DNA of 64,000 nt from the NCBI GenBank assembly GCA_019057795.1, contig JAHLWS010000078.1, positions 64,001-128,000 on the forward strand. The letters run 5' to 3'. Every line of letters begins with the position of its first letter. Positions within the stretch are counted from its first letter, which is position 1. Of this stretch, positions 50,560-61,889 are shown piece after piece. This DNA is from Promethearchaeota archaeon. Lineage in GTDB: Archaea; Asgardarchaeota; Lokiarchaeia; Sigyniarchaeales; SOKP01. A model generated the notes under the pieces. That model saw only the letters and a list, made by a program, of their open reading frames with translations, was not told where the DNA came from and ran no database searches. Position numbers and translations under genes: made by a program.

Positions 50560-51756
50560 ATGAACTTCGGCGAATTTTGTTCTACAGTTAAAAAATTTTT
50601 CGAGGAATCTCTACAAAATGTAAATGAAGAAATAAGAAATGGAAATATTAAAATAAAAGTTGATTATTCATTTCCATCGTATTTAAGAATTGGAGAGAGC
50701 CCTCAACATTGGATGGCGGAATTAACTGGAGCTAGTGAAATGATTAATGTTAATAATTATGGACTTGAAGCGCCAAATGTAAGTGAAAAGCATGAAAATA
50801 CATCTGCTTTTTTCAATCCTGGTTTAGATATTGAGGATTCAATGAAACCAGTATCTAATATTGTAGCAGTAAAAGGTGTTGGATTTGTTAATTTATGTGT
50901 TGCTACAAATTATGATTATACTGCTTTTAAAAAATTTATTAATTTAGAAACTTCATCTACTGAGGTTAGACTTGATAGTGCTGAGGTTCCAATTACAATT
51001 CAACCAGACTGTAAAACAATTTTTTTCTATAATGTCGACCTGATAAGAACTGAAAATTTCAAATTATTTTTTAAATCTATTCCCACAGCAATAGCAGTTA
51101 AAAAAAACATTACAAGAAATGAATTGAAACAATTTCTAAAACAACTTGTGAATAAATTATTTAAATCAAGGCCACCTACGATTTTTGGGATAAATATAGG
51201 TTATTCTTATTCCTCAGAGAAATTTGCTCGAGATTTATTGAGTTTAACAAATCAACCTATAAATGAACCTATAATTGATGGATTTATTCAAAAACATTTG
51301 AAATTTTTTACAAAAGGTCTTGGATATCAAAGAGGGCTTAGCCAAACTGAATTGAAAATATTAGAAGGAGACTTTGGAGATAAAGAATGTCTTAAACCTG
51401 ATTATTTGATGTTAAGAAATGATGGTTTTTATGATATTCTTGATCTTAAGACATCTGCTTTAAAGAAGAAATCAATCACGATAGGAGATACAAGTCGAAT
51501 GAGATTTAATGCATATGTAAGTGAATTAATATCTCAACTTGTAGGTTATGAAAGATATTTCAAATTAGAAAAAAACTATAAATGGGTTTTAAAAAAATAT
51601 GGTATAAAAATAAGAAATCCAAAACTAATTGGAATTGTTGGTAGTTTTCAAAATTTCGATCGCTCTCAGGTTGATTTAGCATTAGAACAATATAAAGATA
51701 ATATCGCTATTTTAAGCTACTCTGATTTAATCAATTTATTAAGAAAAAATATCTAA
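50560..51756 (+). CDS. Shedu (SduA/DUF4263)-like nuclease
   Basis: KPDYLM...DILDLK...ELISQLVGYERYF...LIGIVG...ILSYSDL. Confidence 0.7.
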   Translation: MNFGEFCSTVKKFFEESLQNVNEEIRNGNIKIKVDYSFPSYLRIGESPQHWMAELTGASEMINVNNYGLEAPNVSEKHENTSAFFNPGLDIEDSMKPVSNIVAVKGVGFVNLCVATNYDYTAFKKFINLETSSTEVRLDSAEVPITIQPDCKTIFFYNVDLIRTENFKLFFKSIPTAIAVKKNITRNELKQFLKQLVNKLFKSRPPTIFGINIGYSYSSEKFARDLLSLTNQPINEPIIDGFIQKHLKFFTKGLGYQRGLSQTELKILEGDFGDKECLKPDYLMLRNDGFYDILDLKTSALKKKSITIGDTSRMRFNAYVSELISQLVGYERYFKLEKNYKWVLKKYGIKIRNPKLIGIVGSFQNFDRSQVDLALEQYKDNIAILSYSDLINLLRKNI

Positions 51757-53295
51757 ATTATCTGGGATGTCAATAAAATCTAATTTAATGACCGATAAAA
51801 TATTTTCAGAAGGTATTTCACAGAATATTTCCCTTACACCCTTATTTATAGTAGTAGTGATTACTTCTGGTGGAAAAGTTTGAAAGATATAATTAGAATC
51901 CTCCTGAGTTGTAGATATCCACCAATATGGATTTTCATAAATATTATATATTCCAGATTCAGCTGGAGCAAGACATCTTTCATCAAAACTTTGAGGAAGG
52001 ATAATTCTAAGGTTTTGGGAGAATATTGGACCACTTCTGTCATTATCAATATCATTTTGAATAATCATTTCTGACTGGAATTCAATATTTTCTATAGGTA
52101 TTGAACCATCTCTATCCTTTAGTTGGATATTACTTTGATTTTGAGTTAAAAGATTATAAGAGAATTTATTCAAAACTTTATCTTGAGTTAACGGTCTCAA
52201 ATTATCACTGAGATCTCTAATCCTATTTTCAAATTTCCAGTCTGATTCCCCATTCAAGAAAAGATTAAGCTCAAAATCCATTAAGATTTTTATAGTAGAC
52301 ATTAAAATTGATGTATCATTAACAAATCCAGGTGAATGTGTATATTTTTCCAAACTATGTCCGATTTCATTCCTTCGAGTATATATTTGGCGAAAATATT
52401 TTAACATGGCTTGAATGTATTCATTTTCCTGTAATTCTTTAGTTAGACGGTTACTAAAATAACTTTTAAAACGCTGGTTGAGCGATCTCATTATATTTCT
52501 ATCTGTAGGAAATATAGAATTCTTGAAGGAATTCAATTGTTTCAATTTATCGTTGCGTAAGTTTTGATCTTTAATAAACTGTTCAAAATTAGATCTTAAA
52601 TCTTCATGTATACCCTTTTGCTCATTTGGATCTGCAATTGCAGTACCCCATAAATGAGAATATCCATGAAAATCTGCCCAATTATGGAAAATTCCCTCGA
52701 ATGTTGCGTAACTAAAAAAGTAACCGATTAACACTGAATTACCTACTTTACTATTAGCATAATTATACATAATTGCCCTCAATTTGTCTGTAGGTTTGAA
52801 TTGTAGTAATTTGTTAAGAAGAGGAAAAAATAATTGATATTGATTATATTCTTCTTGAAAATTACTACTGTGATCACATTTTAAATCAATTACTTTCTGA
52901 AAAGAGAGTTTAGGACGACTATTCTGCTCTTCAAAGTTTTCAACATGGAAATAAACTTTAGCTTTCAAATTTAAATTAATAATGAAACGCAGAAGATATA
53001 AAAAATCCATTATCCAACTACATAAATTATTATATAATCCAACATTCTCGAGAAAAGATTCTTTCGGTGTGATATTGACACCTAACCATATTGAGTCAAT
53101 ATCCATACCGCCTCTGCGTCTGAGAAGATCAGTTGGTAACTGTGGTTTAGGTTCAATACCCTCAATATATACTTTGTCATCCCTAATAGTAGATCTTCCT
53201 GTGGTGAATAGATCATGAGGAAAATTGTGAAGAGTGTTAATACCATGATAATTATCTTTATCAATAAGATGTACTATGAAAAAAGATTCTGTCAT
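51739..53295 (-). CDS. ApeA-like HEPN protein
   Basis: SYATFEGI...RRNEIGH. Confidence 0.6.
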   Translation of the reverse strand: MTESFFIVHLIDKDNYHGINTLHNFPHDLFTTGRSTIRDDKVYIEGIEPKPQLPTDLLRRRGGMDIDSIWLGVNITPKESFLENVGLYNNLCSWIMDFLYLLRFIINLNLKAKVYFHVENFEEQNSRPKLSFQKVIDLKCDHSSNFQEEYNQYQLFFPLLNKLLQFKPTDKLRAIMYNYANSKVGNSVLIGYFFSYATFEGIFHNWADFHGYSHLWGTAIADPNEQKGIHEDLRSNFEQFIKDQNLRNDKLKQLNSFKNSIFPTDRNIMRSLNQRFKSYFSNRLTKELQENEYIQAMLKYFRQIYTRRNEIGHSLEKYTHSPGFVNDTSILMSTIKILMDFELNLFLNGESDWKFENRIRDLSDNLRPLTQDKVLNKFSYNLLTQNQSNIQLKDRDGSIPIENIEFQSEMIIQNDIDNDRSGPIFSQNLRIILPQSFDERCLAPAESGIYNIYENPYWWISTTQEDSNYIFQTFPPEVITTTINKGVREIFCEIPSENILSVIKLDFIDIPDNLDIFS

Positions 53296-53559
53296 TTTTG
53301 GGGTTTATTTTTTCTTTGGTTATAATATTCTGAAAAATATATAAACTTCCCCTTTAGGAAAGGAGTATCAGTCAATTGAATTAAAATTAGATCACGATTC
53401 ATATATCATCAATGAAGAATGTCTTTTTAATTTAAAACATTATGAAGAAGTTCTAGAAGCCATTGAAAATGCCATTATTTCCGGTAAGGAGGAGTGGTTA
53501 AGAATTAATGATCTAAATTTAGATTTAAGAATTTGAGTTAATAGTTGAAATTTATTAAG

Positions 53560-54177
53560 TTAAATTATCAACTTGATGTAAGTTGTAAATCCGAATACGA
53601 TGCTCAATATTATTCCTAAAAAAATTAAACTGATAGGCTTATATTTGGTGCGTAAAATATTCTTGTTATAAACCACCAAAAATAATCCAAGAGATATTAA
53701 TATTACTGAGATAAAGGACATTAGGGCTGTAAAAAATATGAAGCTTATCGTTATATCATTATAGGGGAGAAGATCATTTATTGTAATTATTGAATTAAGG
53801 GCGTCTTCAACTTCAAATCCTCCAAACCAAATCACGAATGGGGGTAGAGTAAAAGATTGATCGAACCACAGTAAAAGAAATGGGATCACTTTAAATAAAA
53901 ATAATATTGCTACAAACACAAGTATAGCCGCGCTAATTCTCCCTCTCTTTCTTATAAATTCTAAATTCCTTCCATAAATTTTTTGTTTATCTTCAACATT
54001 TTTTGCGCTTACTAATAAATATCCTCCTAAAACGAAGTAAAATAGGAATAAGATCAGGTTTCCATACTGAAATATATTATAACAAACAAAATTGAATCCC
54101 CTAAAAATACCATTTAAACTTTCAAGAAGCGATTCTACTATATCATCTATGATATTTGTTTGTCCAAGAAAAATCAT
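53560..54177 (-). CDS. Membrane protein
   Basis: 4 hydrophobic segments. Confidence 0.75.
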   Translation of the reverse strand: MIFLGQTNIIDDIVESLLESLNGIFRGFNFVCYNIFQYGNLILFLFYFVLGGYLLVSAKNVEDKQKIYGRNLEFIRKRGRISAAILVFVAILFLFKVIPFLLLWFDQSFTLPPFVIWFGGFEVEDALNSIITINDLLPYNDITISFIFFTALMSFISVILISLGLFLVVYNKNILRTKYKPISLIFLGIILSIVFGFTTYIKLII

Positions 54178-54231
54178 TAATTTATTTCTAGATCAAATTA
54201 TAAAAAATTATATAATTTTAGTAGAACTCAG

Positions 54232-54786
54232 TTAATCCCTAATCCCAAGTCTAAGTTTTACTCTTCTCTTATCTTTTTCTATGAATTCTTTAAATTCTAG
54301 ATTATTATCATTGATAACATCCCAAAATTCGTCGTATACTTCTTTAAGGCTTCTTTTCCCTGTATTTTTTTTAGTATTTTTTTCAGTATCTTTTGGAGGA
54401 GGGCGTGAATCTCTATTAATTTTCCGTTTAGGATTAAATTCGACATAGTTTCCTTCAAAAATTAGGTCTTCAAAGAGTCCATCGTCATTTTCGTTAAATA
54501 GGTTTGCGTCAGCTTTAGGTTTCAGAGTTTTTTTAGATTCAAATTCAAAATCTACTTTTTGATATCCGCGAACGATAAAATTTTTATCGACAAACGCTTG
54601 AAAGTGGTGATCGCAAATTAATCCTTTAGGCAGAGAAATTGTGGTTAATTGCCTCGCTTTATTAATTACGGATTTCGGGAACTTTAATTCTTTATTAACT
54701 TTGCACACGGGACATACAATTTTCATGCTTGAATATTCATTTAACTCGCTTATCTGTGGATGAATGTTTTGGTCTAAAATTGCCAT
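54232..54786 (-). CDS. Zinc-binding hypothetical protein (Lokiarchaeia-type family)
   Basis: CPVC...ICDHHFQAFVDKNFIVRGYQKVD. Confidence 0.75.
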   Translation of the reverse strand: MAILDQNIHPQISELNEYSSMKIVCPVCKVNKELKFPKSVINKARQLTTISLPKGLICDHHFQAFVDKNFIVRGYQKVDFEFESKKTLKPKADANLFNENDDGLFEDLIFEGNYVEFNPKRKINRDSRPPPKDTEKNTKKNTGKRSLKEVYDEFWDVINDNNLEFKEFIEKDKRRVKLRLGIRD

Positions 54787-54900
54787 AGCTATTCAACACC
54801 CGCAGTATTTTTTAAAACTACAAATAAAAACTACGATATTTTTCAAACAATTTTCAAAACTATTCGAAAATAAGAAAATTGAGCGTTAAAAGAGCAATAT

Positions 54901-55443
54901 TTAGTTATTTAGAGAATCAAAGTTTTGATTCAAATTTTCTTTTCCTAGCTCAAAGTTGAATTCAAGGGTAGGACTTATTTTTGACTTGAATTTGAAAGTA
55001 TGTTTTCCTTCAGAAAATTTTTCTAAACCGTCCTTATCAATTTTAATTAGTATATCTATAGTATCTCCTAAAGCTATCATTCTCCCAGCAAGCTTACCGC
55101 TCAATAAATCGTCAATTGCGAATCTTTCTCCCTTATGATAAAGCGCGAAATGGTCTTTAAGTTTCTCTACATCGTAATCTTTCTTAGAGACATTGATCGG
55201 AATTTCGTCAAGATACATTTTACCATAATCTGATAGCTCGAAGTTTTTAATATCAAAACTTTTGGTGCTAAATCCTCCGATTTCAATTTCTTTTGGAATC
55301 AGAATTGGCATTATAAGGTTCAAAGCCTTAATTAGGAGGGCGTCTACCTTTCCATCGCCAGTAGTATCTACTGTATATATAGATTTCTTAGACGGAAAAA
55401 TTTTTTTGATAAGTACTTTGAGAGCGGAAATATCGAAAGACAT
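54901..55443 (-). CDS. Hypothetical protein
   Basis: 180-aa ORF with a DTTGDGKVD Ca-binding-like loop. Confidence 0.7.
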   Translation of the reverse strand: MSFDISALKVLIKKIFPSKKSIYTVDTTGDGKVDALLIKALNLIMPILIPKEIEIGGFSTKSFDIKNFELSDYGKMYLDEIPINVSKKDYDVEKLKDHFALYHKGERFAIDDLLSGKLAGRMIALGDTIDILIKIDKDGLEKFSEGKHTFKFKSKISPTLEFNFELGKENLNQNFDSLNN

Positions 55444-55522
55444 AATTATTCAGACAAATTAAGAGTTTTATTTTTATCTTTGTTTTAAGTAATCATTATT
55501 CAATTAAAAATTTATGATACGA

Positions 55523-56572
55523 TTAAGGTATTGTAATTATTTTTACGCACTTTCTTTCTTTCATAAGATTAAACCCAGTTGAAATTAATTTTTCTAAAGG
55601 TATTGTTGTTGTTATTAATTTGTTAACATCTATAACTTTGTTTGAAATTAGCTCGATCGCGTCTAAAAAATCTTCAGCACAACCAATATAAGATCCCATA
55701 ATTTTCCTCTGATACCTTACAATATCGTTTGGTTTTATTATCGCTTCAGCACGCGAGTCTTGCCCAAAACAAATCAATCGAGCACCAGGCGCCCATATTT
55801 TAGTAGCCATTTCAAAAGTATCTGTAATCCCCACGGCATCAATGATAACATCTGCTCCTTCACCATTGGTTATATTTTGAATTTCTTGTTTTACATTCTG
55901 CGTTTTAGGATTAATCCAATGATCAGCACCAAGTTCTAATGCTTTCTGGCCACGCCATTGATCTATTTCTATACTAATTAATTTTTTTATTGGATGTTTC
56001 CTTATAACAGATTCGATAATTAAACCCATAGGCCCTGCTCCAATTATAACAACATTATCTGATTCCTTGACATCCGCAATATTATGGCAATGAACCGCAC
56101 ATGATAAGGGTTCAATTAAACTTGCAGCTATCATATCAATAGAATCGGGAAGTTTGAATAGTGCGTTTCTTGGTAAAACACAATATTTAGCAAAACCTCC
56201 ATTTTGAAATATCCCAAATGTTGTTCCTAGGGCCATATATTCACATAGATTCGAGAGCCCCCTCCTACAATTAATACAATAACCGCATTTTTCATTTGGA
56301 TCAACGACAATTTTATCCCCAATCTTAAGATCACTAATATTTTCTCCGATTTCTTTAACTACTCCTACAAATTCATGACCTAAAATAGTATTATCTGTAG
56401 CAGGATGACCTCCCTTTAATATCTTTAGATCAGTTCCACAGATACTGGATGCCTTCACTTCTATTAGTACATGATCCCCTTTTTTAATTCGAGGAATATC
56501 CACTTCTTCTAATTTAATCTCTCCACCCGATTTTTCATCTTTATGAAAAACTGCTGCTAACATTTTTTTCAT
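55523..56572 (-). CDS. Zn-dependent alcohol/polyol dehydrogenase (MDR family)
   Basis: ICGTD, GHEFVG, CxxCxxC...C, GAGPMG. Confidence 0.92.
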   Translation of the reverse strand: MKKMLAAVFHKDEKSGGEIKLEEVDIPRIKKGDHVLIEVKASSICGTDLKILKGGHPATDNTILGHEFVGVVKEIGENISDLKIGDKIVVDPNEKCGYCINCRRGLSNLCEYMALGTTFGIFQNGGFAKYCVLPRNALFKLPDSIDMIAASLIEPLSCAVHCHNIADVKESDNVVIIGAGPMGLIIESVIRKHPIKKLISIEIDQWRGQKALELGADHWINPKTQNVKQEIQNITNGEGADVIIDAVGITDTFEMATKIWAPGARLICFGQDSRAEAIIKPNDIVRYQRKIMGSYIGCAEDFLDAIELISNKVIDVNKLITTTIPLEKLISTGFNLMKERKCVKIITIP

Positions 56573-56750
56573 TTTATTTACCTCAAGATATTCTAGGAAG
56601 CTATTGGTTATTATATTGGCTATAGGTTATTTCCCACTAAACCAAGATTTAATATTAAATAAAAATTTTTAGCTAAAGATTTAAATTAATAAAAAGTTAA
56701 ATTCGATTAACTAAATAAAATTAATTTTAAAAAAAATGGTTGATGAATGA

Positions 56751-58163
56751 ATGAATGAAAGAAAATCTGAGAAAGTTCCTCTAGGAAAACGGGTCGCATT
56801 TGCAATGGGGGAAGTCGGAGACAATACGGCAATGCAAACATTCCAGTTCCTTATTTTTACATTCTACTTTGCAATTGTAGGATTACCTGTTCTTTGGATT
56901 ACTGGTGGTTTTATTTTATGGAGTTTATGGAACGCATTCAATGATCCACTGATAGGATATCTTTCTGACCGTACTAAAACTAAATGGGGGAGAAGAATTC
57001 CTTGGATGTTAGGCGCCACTATTCCATTAGCAATATTAATGATTTTACTTTTTACACCACCTCTTGCTCTTAATTCGGACTTATTAAACTTCATATACTT
57101 CTTTATAATTCTTATTCTCTTTGATACTACTTATACTGCGTTTAATCTAAATTATAATGCTGTTTTTTCTGAAATGTTTGTAACGATGGAAGATCGTAGT
57201 TCAACAGGAAAAGTTAGGATAAGTTTTGTGATGATTGCATTGATTTTTGCGTTTTTACTTCCCACATTAATTATAGAAGATCTCTTAGGGGGTGATCCGC
57301 AAACACCCGCAACTATAAGTAAGGCATTAGGGGAATACCAGTTAACAGGAATTATTGCTGCTGTTGTAATTATTATCTCATATTTCATAATTTTGAAATG
57401 GGGTGTGAAAGAACCTAAATATATCTCAAAAGACGCTGAAACCGCTATGTCTTTTGGAAAAACGCTGAAAACTACATTTAAGAATAAGTCTTTCCTATGG
57501 TTTTTAATACCTGCTTTAGGAACATGGATTGCCATAAATATTTTACCAACTTTGGCACCACTTTTTATGATCCATTCTCTTGGAGTTACAGATATGGAAT
57601 TAATTGGTTATGCTCTAGCTTTACAGTTCATTGTAGCTGCCGTTTCTACTCCTTTATGGGAAAAAATTCGTGTTAAAAAAGGGGCTCGTATGGCTGGATT
57701 GATAGGAATTGTAGCATGGATAATTCCTATAATATTTTTTGCTTTCTCAATAAACATTGAAATGGTTTTTATTGTGCAGATCTTCAACGGAATTGGTTTG
57801 GGCGGAGGATTATATTTCTACGATCAGTGTATCGCAGAAATTATTGATGAAGATGAAATTCGTCATGGAACAAGGCGATCAGGTATTTACTATGCTGTCC
57901 TTAATTTCTTTATTAGATTTTCGGCGATTATTAATTTCGTCTTAATAGGGATAGTCTTCAGTACAACAGATTGGCAAAGCTATGACCCAAATCCAGGTGT
58001 TAATACAATTTTAGGCCTCCAAATCTTAATGGGTGTTTTTCCCGCAATTGTGCTTGTGATATCATGGATTGGGCTGTATTTCTATCCAATTAAAGGCGAG
58101 ATATTAGCTGAAAATCGAAGGAAATTAACAGAATTGCATGAAGAAAAACAAAAAAGCCGTTAA
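56751..58163 (+). CDS. MFS transporter, GPH (MelB-like) family
   Basis: NDPLIGYLSDRTKTKWGRRIPW; about 12 TM. Confidence 0.92.
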   Translation: MNERKSEKVPLGKRVAFAMGEVGDNTAMQTFQFLIFTFYFAIVGLPVLWITGGFILWSLWNAFNDPLIGYLSDRTKTKWGRRIPWMLGATIPLAILMILLFTPPLALNSDLLNFIYFFIILILFDTTYTAFNLNYNAVFSEMFVTMEDRSSTGKVRISFVMIALIFAFLLPTLIIEDLLGGDPQTPATISKALGEYQLTGIIAAVVIIISYFIILKWGVKEPKYISKDAETAMSFGKTLKTTFKNKSFLWFLIPALGTWIAINILPTLAPLFMIHSLGVTDMELIGYALALQFIVAAVSTPLWEKIRVKKGARMAGLIGIVAWIIPIIFFAFSINIEMVFIVQIFNGIGLGGGLYFYDQCIAEIIDEDEIRHGTRRSGIYYAVLNFFIRFSAIINFVLIGIVFSTTDWQSYDPNPGVNTILGLQILMGVFPAIVLVISWIGLYFYPIKGEILAENRRKLTELHEEKQKSR

Positions 58164-58324
58164 TAATCTAATTATTTTTTTTTATTTTATTTTTATCTTT
58201 TTGAGATTAAAATTTCTGTTTGTTTCGTAAAATTTTAAATTCTATAAAGATTTTCCTGAGAGTTTTTGTTTAAATAGAAATGATATTAATTTTTCTTTAT
58301 ATATAAGGACAAAAATATAATATC

Positions 58325-58996
58325 ATGACTGATACTAACTTTACTTTTTTATCCTTAGAAGATAGTATTTATGAAACTCCTTACTTGGATGATGATATAG
58401 ATGACGATATTCTTGAGTGGCATTCGATTGAAGGTGCTGAACGAATTAAGGAGCTTTCAAGACAATTACGAACATTTCTAAATTACAAGACATCAATGAT
58501 TTATTTAAGATTTTCAAGATCTCAGAATTGTGATCCCTTTCATAATAGAAATATGATTATAGAAAAGGAAAGAGAACTTAACATATTAACTTCACATCTT
58601 TTAGCTAATTTAAAAGAGATTGGTGTAGATGACGGAGATATTATTGGTGAGAAAATTCAAAGTCTATTTGATAAAATAAAGACCCTCCCAAATGAAATTG
58701 ATATAAACCGATTAAAAGATATAAAATCAATAAATAAAAAAATATGGGTGTTAATTCACATTTTATCTGAACTTGAGATTCATCATCACTCAAGGCTTTT
58801 TAATAGGATAACGAATATTGCCTGTATTTCTTGTGAAATTCAAAGCATATTGTTTCATCCTTTTTCAGAGTTCTATTATGAATTGAAAAGCAATTATCTT
58901 CTTTTAGTTAAGGAGATATCTGATTTACTAAGAATAAACAATAAGAACAAGGCTCCATCTATTAAAAATAAAAATAGGGAGAGAGTTCTTACATGA
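58325..58996 (+). CDS. Hypothetical protein
   Basis: 223 aa, ATGA overlap with the next gene. Confidence 0.7.
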   Translation: MTDTNFTFLSLEDSIYETPYLDDDIDDDILEWHSIEGAERIKELSRQLRTFLNYKTSMIYLRFSRSQNCDPFHNRNMIIEKERELNILTSHLLANLKEIGVDDGDIIGEKIQSLFDKIKTLPNEIDINRLKDIKSINKKIWVLIHILSELEIHHHSRLFNRITNIACISCEIQSILFHPFSEFYYELKSNYLLLVKEISDLLRINNKNKAPSIKNKNRERVLT

Positions 58997-61821
58997 ATAC
59001 TAAAATTGAATCAGTAAATAGGGGAATGCTAAATGAGGAACGAATTGCAATTTGTTCCCATTTTGGATGTGGTACAATCAAAAAGGTTAAACCACTAAAA
59101 TTCGGTTCATTCGGATTTCGAAAATATCCTAAATGTTCAAAACACAAACTATCTTTAGTATTTGTCGATGAATTTGTAGAGCAATTTATTTGCTCTGTAA
59201 ATGCTTGTTTGTTTGATTTATCAAGCTTGCCACCTAAAGATTTGGTAAATTCTATTACTGAAGATGTTCCAGAAGAATTAGAATTATTTATCAATGTTTG
59301 GATGTATTGCAGTCCTATAGGACGAGGTGCTCAGATTATATCACGATATTTCGATGGACTTTCAAAGGGTTATATCAAATTACTCAGTCGTAAACAGAGA
59401 AAAGCAATTCAATGTGGAAAATCAAGCAAACGAAGTTACAATATGTTGCGTCAGGGATTAAAAAAAATTGCAGATGAATACACACTTTTCTTACAAGAGC
59501 TTCGTGTCGTATCGCACGATTATTGTGATCTAAATAAAGTACTTCCATTATCAAAAAAATCATGTGATATTATTAAAACCTGGCGAAAAAAACAATCAGT
59601 TAATAGAAGAAAGAAAAGTACTAAAGATGAAAATCTAAATGACATTTCATTATTAAAAAATGATTATGATGATATTCTACATTTAAGGACTTCTTCTTTT
59701 ATTATAGGAAAACCTCCTACAGAAAAAATATCTGCATTTGAGCTTTTTTCAGCTTATTTTGAATTTCTAAAGGAAGGTTTATGTAGCAAGCTAAAAAAAG
59801 AAAATATTCAACAAGTATTAAATATCCAAGAAACTAATACAGAGAACTCTTCATCTAAATCTCATTTAAGGCAAGAATTGTTAACCAATCTTTATGGTAT
59901 AATAGATTTAATAAACTTATATAATTCTGATCAAAAAGATGTAATGAAATCTAAATCTAAGGAAATACTAGAAGAATTCATATCCAGAATTGAACAAAAG
60001 GAATTTTATCTACCCAAAAATGCTAACTTAAGAGTTATTGCAAGTACGGTTGTATATACTACAGCTCTTTATGTTAAAAAATTGCCCATATTAACCACAA
60101 GAAAGATTGGAAACATTGCTGCTGCTACTCCCAGCAATATAAGTAGGTATTATAGAAGATATTTTGAGAAATTATATCCTCGAGAAAACTTTGAGATATA
60201 CGGATTTAAACGTATAAAATTAATTATTTCACTATATTTTTTTGAATTATTAAAGAATTCAAAGTTAAGAACATCCGAACTCATTTCAAACCTAGAAAAG
60301 GAGATATATAGTGAATTTTTTAAGGAAGAATTTGGAGAATATTTTACAAAAGACATTGAAATACTCCGTAATATGGTAACTCAATATCGAGATAAATTTA
60401 TTAAATACTTTTCTGATCTAGCTGAAATTGTTAAATTATTAGCAAATACAAGTAAAATTCATAAAGAAATTGGAGCAAAGGTATATCTCAAACCTATTAT
60501 CGACCTTTTAAATGAAGAAAACTTTAACTTGTTTCAAAAATCTCGTTTTGTTTTTTCCGTTAGAGAAATATATGATAGTTTAAGACATAAAAATCCGGAT
60601 CTTTTTCCTCCTCGAGCTTATCAAACAAAAGATAGAAATGTTACGAATAAACAGAGAACTAAAACCGATAAAGATTTGATAAGAATAATTGGAAGTAGAT
60701 TAAAAATATATGCCATAAAAAATATCTATAAAGGTAAGTATTTTAAAAACGGACAAGGAAAGTGTCAAGAATGTCAAGAAGAAAAAATGCTTATAAATAC
60801 CGACATTTCAAGATTGAATGCTCTAGAATTTCACCACACTTCTGAGAAAGAAAATCATTTTACTGCCAATAGACTTTATGAATTATTTACTAAAAATTTA
60901 CGTAATTTGAATTTGTTAGAATGGTTAATCGAGCTAATGGAAGCAGAAGAGGTGGTTCTTGTATGCAGAAATCACCATCGTATATTGGAAGAAAAGTACT
61001 ATGGATATTTTCATTATCTTATAAATTGGAAAAATTTATTCTGTTATCCACCAGAGGTAATACATGCACTCATTAGGATTTCAGTAGATACATTTTATAA
61101 AACAAAACGATTATCTGTAAACAAGAAAGCGGGTATTAGGGATGCAATTGCTAGATATATGAAAAAAAGGTATATTATAGAATTTTTTTATGGTGGTTCT
61201 TGTCATACTTGTGGAGAATTCCATACAAATAATCACTTACCAGCTTTCGTTTATCATCACAAAAATGAAGAGTCTAAAACGGTTAATATTAGTAAAGTAT
61301 ATCATCTTACTTGTTCTGAAATTATTCAAATCATTATAAAAGAGCAAGGTGGATATGTTTGTTCGAATTGTCATAGATTACTTCATTATAACAAATTTAT
61401 CCCCTTATTAGACGATATTTATAAAGATAAAAATATGATTAAAAGGATTATTAAAGACTATAATCGTATTCTCAGAGCATTTTCCCCCATTGAAAGTGTA
61501 GATATTAGAAAGAAGAGTCCTTTAATTAAACCTACTTTAGATACAGATAGCTTTATGAAGTTCTTAATAGCAATTTATGAGATTTCAAAGATGGGTAAAG
61601 AAGTCAATAATACTGAATTAAAAGAATATTTAAGCTATCACGATGTATCGTCCATAACAAGAATTTTTAGAAGAAAAGCTGATATTATTGGTAATTATAT
61701 CAGTATAATAAAAGGAGTTTCCAAATCTAGTCCTACTAAATACAAATTAAATGAAAAAGGAAAAAAAGTTATTTCCTTATTTCAAAAATTTAAGGATTTT
61801 TACGCTATTAGTTCAAATTAA
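58993..61821 (+). CDS. Large multidomain protein: Zn-binding N-terminus, TFIIB-like helical/HTH region, two HNH-like Zn domains, C-terminal wHTH
   Basis: CQEC...LEFHH...CRNHH and CHTC...FVYHH...CSNCH; IASTVVY...TTRKIGNIA; TKYKLNEKG. Confidence 0.7.
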   Translation: MNTKIESVNRGMLNEERIAICSHFGCGTIKKVKPLKFGSFGFRKYPKCSKHKLSLVFVDEFVEQFICSVNACLFDLSSLPPKDLVNSITEDVPEELELFINVWMYCSPIGRGAQIISRYFDGLSKGYIKLLSRKQRKAIQCGKSSKRSYNMLRQGLKKIADEYTLFLQELRVVSHDYCDLNKVLPLSKKSCDIIKTWRKKQSVNRRKKSTKDENLNDISLLKNDYDDILHLRTSSFIIGKPPTEKISAFELFSAYFEFLKEGLCSKLKKENIQQVLNIQETNTENSSSKSHLRQELLTNLYGIIDLINLYNSDQKDVMKSKSKEILEEFISRIEQKEFYLPKNANLRVIASTVVYTTALYVKKLPILTTRKIGNIAAATPSNISRYYRRYFEKLYPRENFEIYGFKRIKLIISLYFFELLKNSKLRTSELISNLEKEIYSEFFKEEFGEYFTKDIEILRNMVTQYRDKFIKYFSDLAEIVKLLANTSKIHKEIGAKVYLKPIIDLLNEENFNLFQKSRFVFSVREIYDSLRHKNPDLFPPRAYQTKDRNVTNKQRTKTDKDLIRIIGSRLKIYAIKNIYKGKYFKNGQGKCQECQEEKMLINTDISRLNALEFHHTSEKENHFTANRLYELFTKNLRNLNLLEWLIELMEAEEVVLVCRNHHRILEEKYYGYFHYLINWKNLFCYPPEVIHALIRISVDTFYKTKRLSVNKKAGIRDAIARYMKKRYIIEFFYGGSCHTCGEFHTNNHLPAFVYHHKNEESKTVNISKVYHLTCSEIIQIIIKEQGGYVCSNCHRLLHYNKFIPLLDDIYKDKNMIKRIIKDYNRILRAFSPIESVDIRKKSPLIKPTLDTDSFMKFLIAIYEISKMGKEVNNTELKEYLSYHDVSSITRIFRRKADIIGNYISIIKGVSKSSPTKYKLNEKGKKVISLFQKFKDFYAISSN

Positions 61822-61889
61822 AATAACATGTCAATTTATATTATTTTTTGAATTTATTAAATCAATTATATACTAAATATTTAAAAAAA

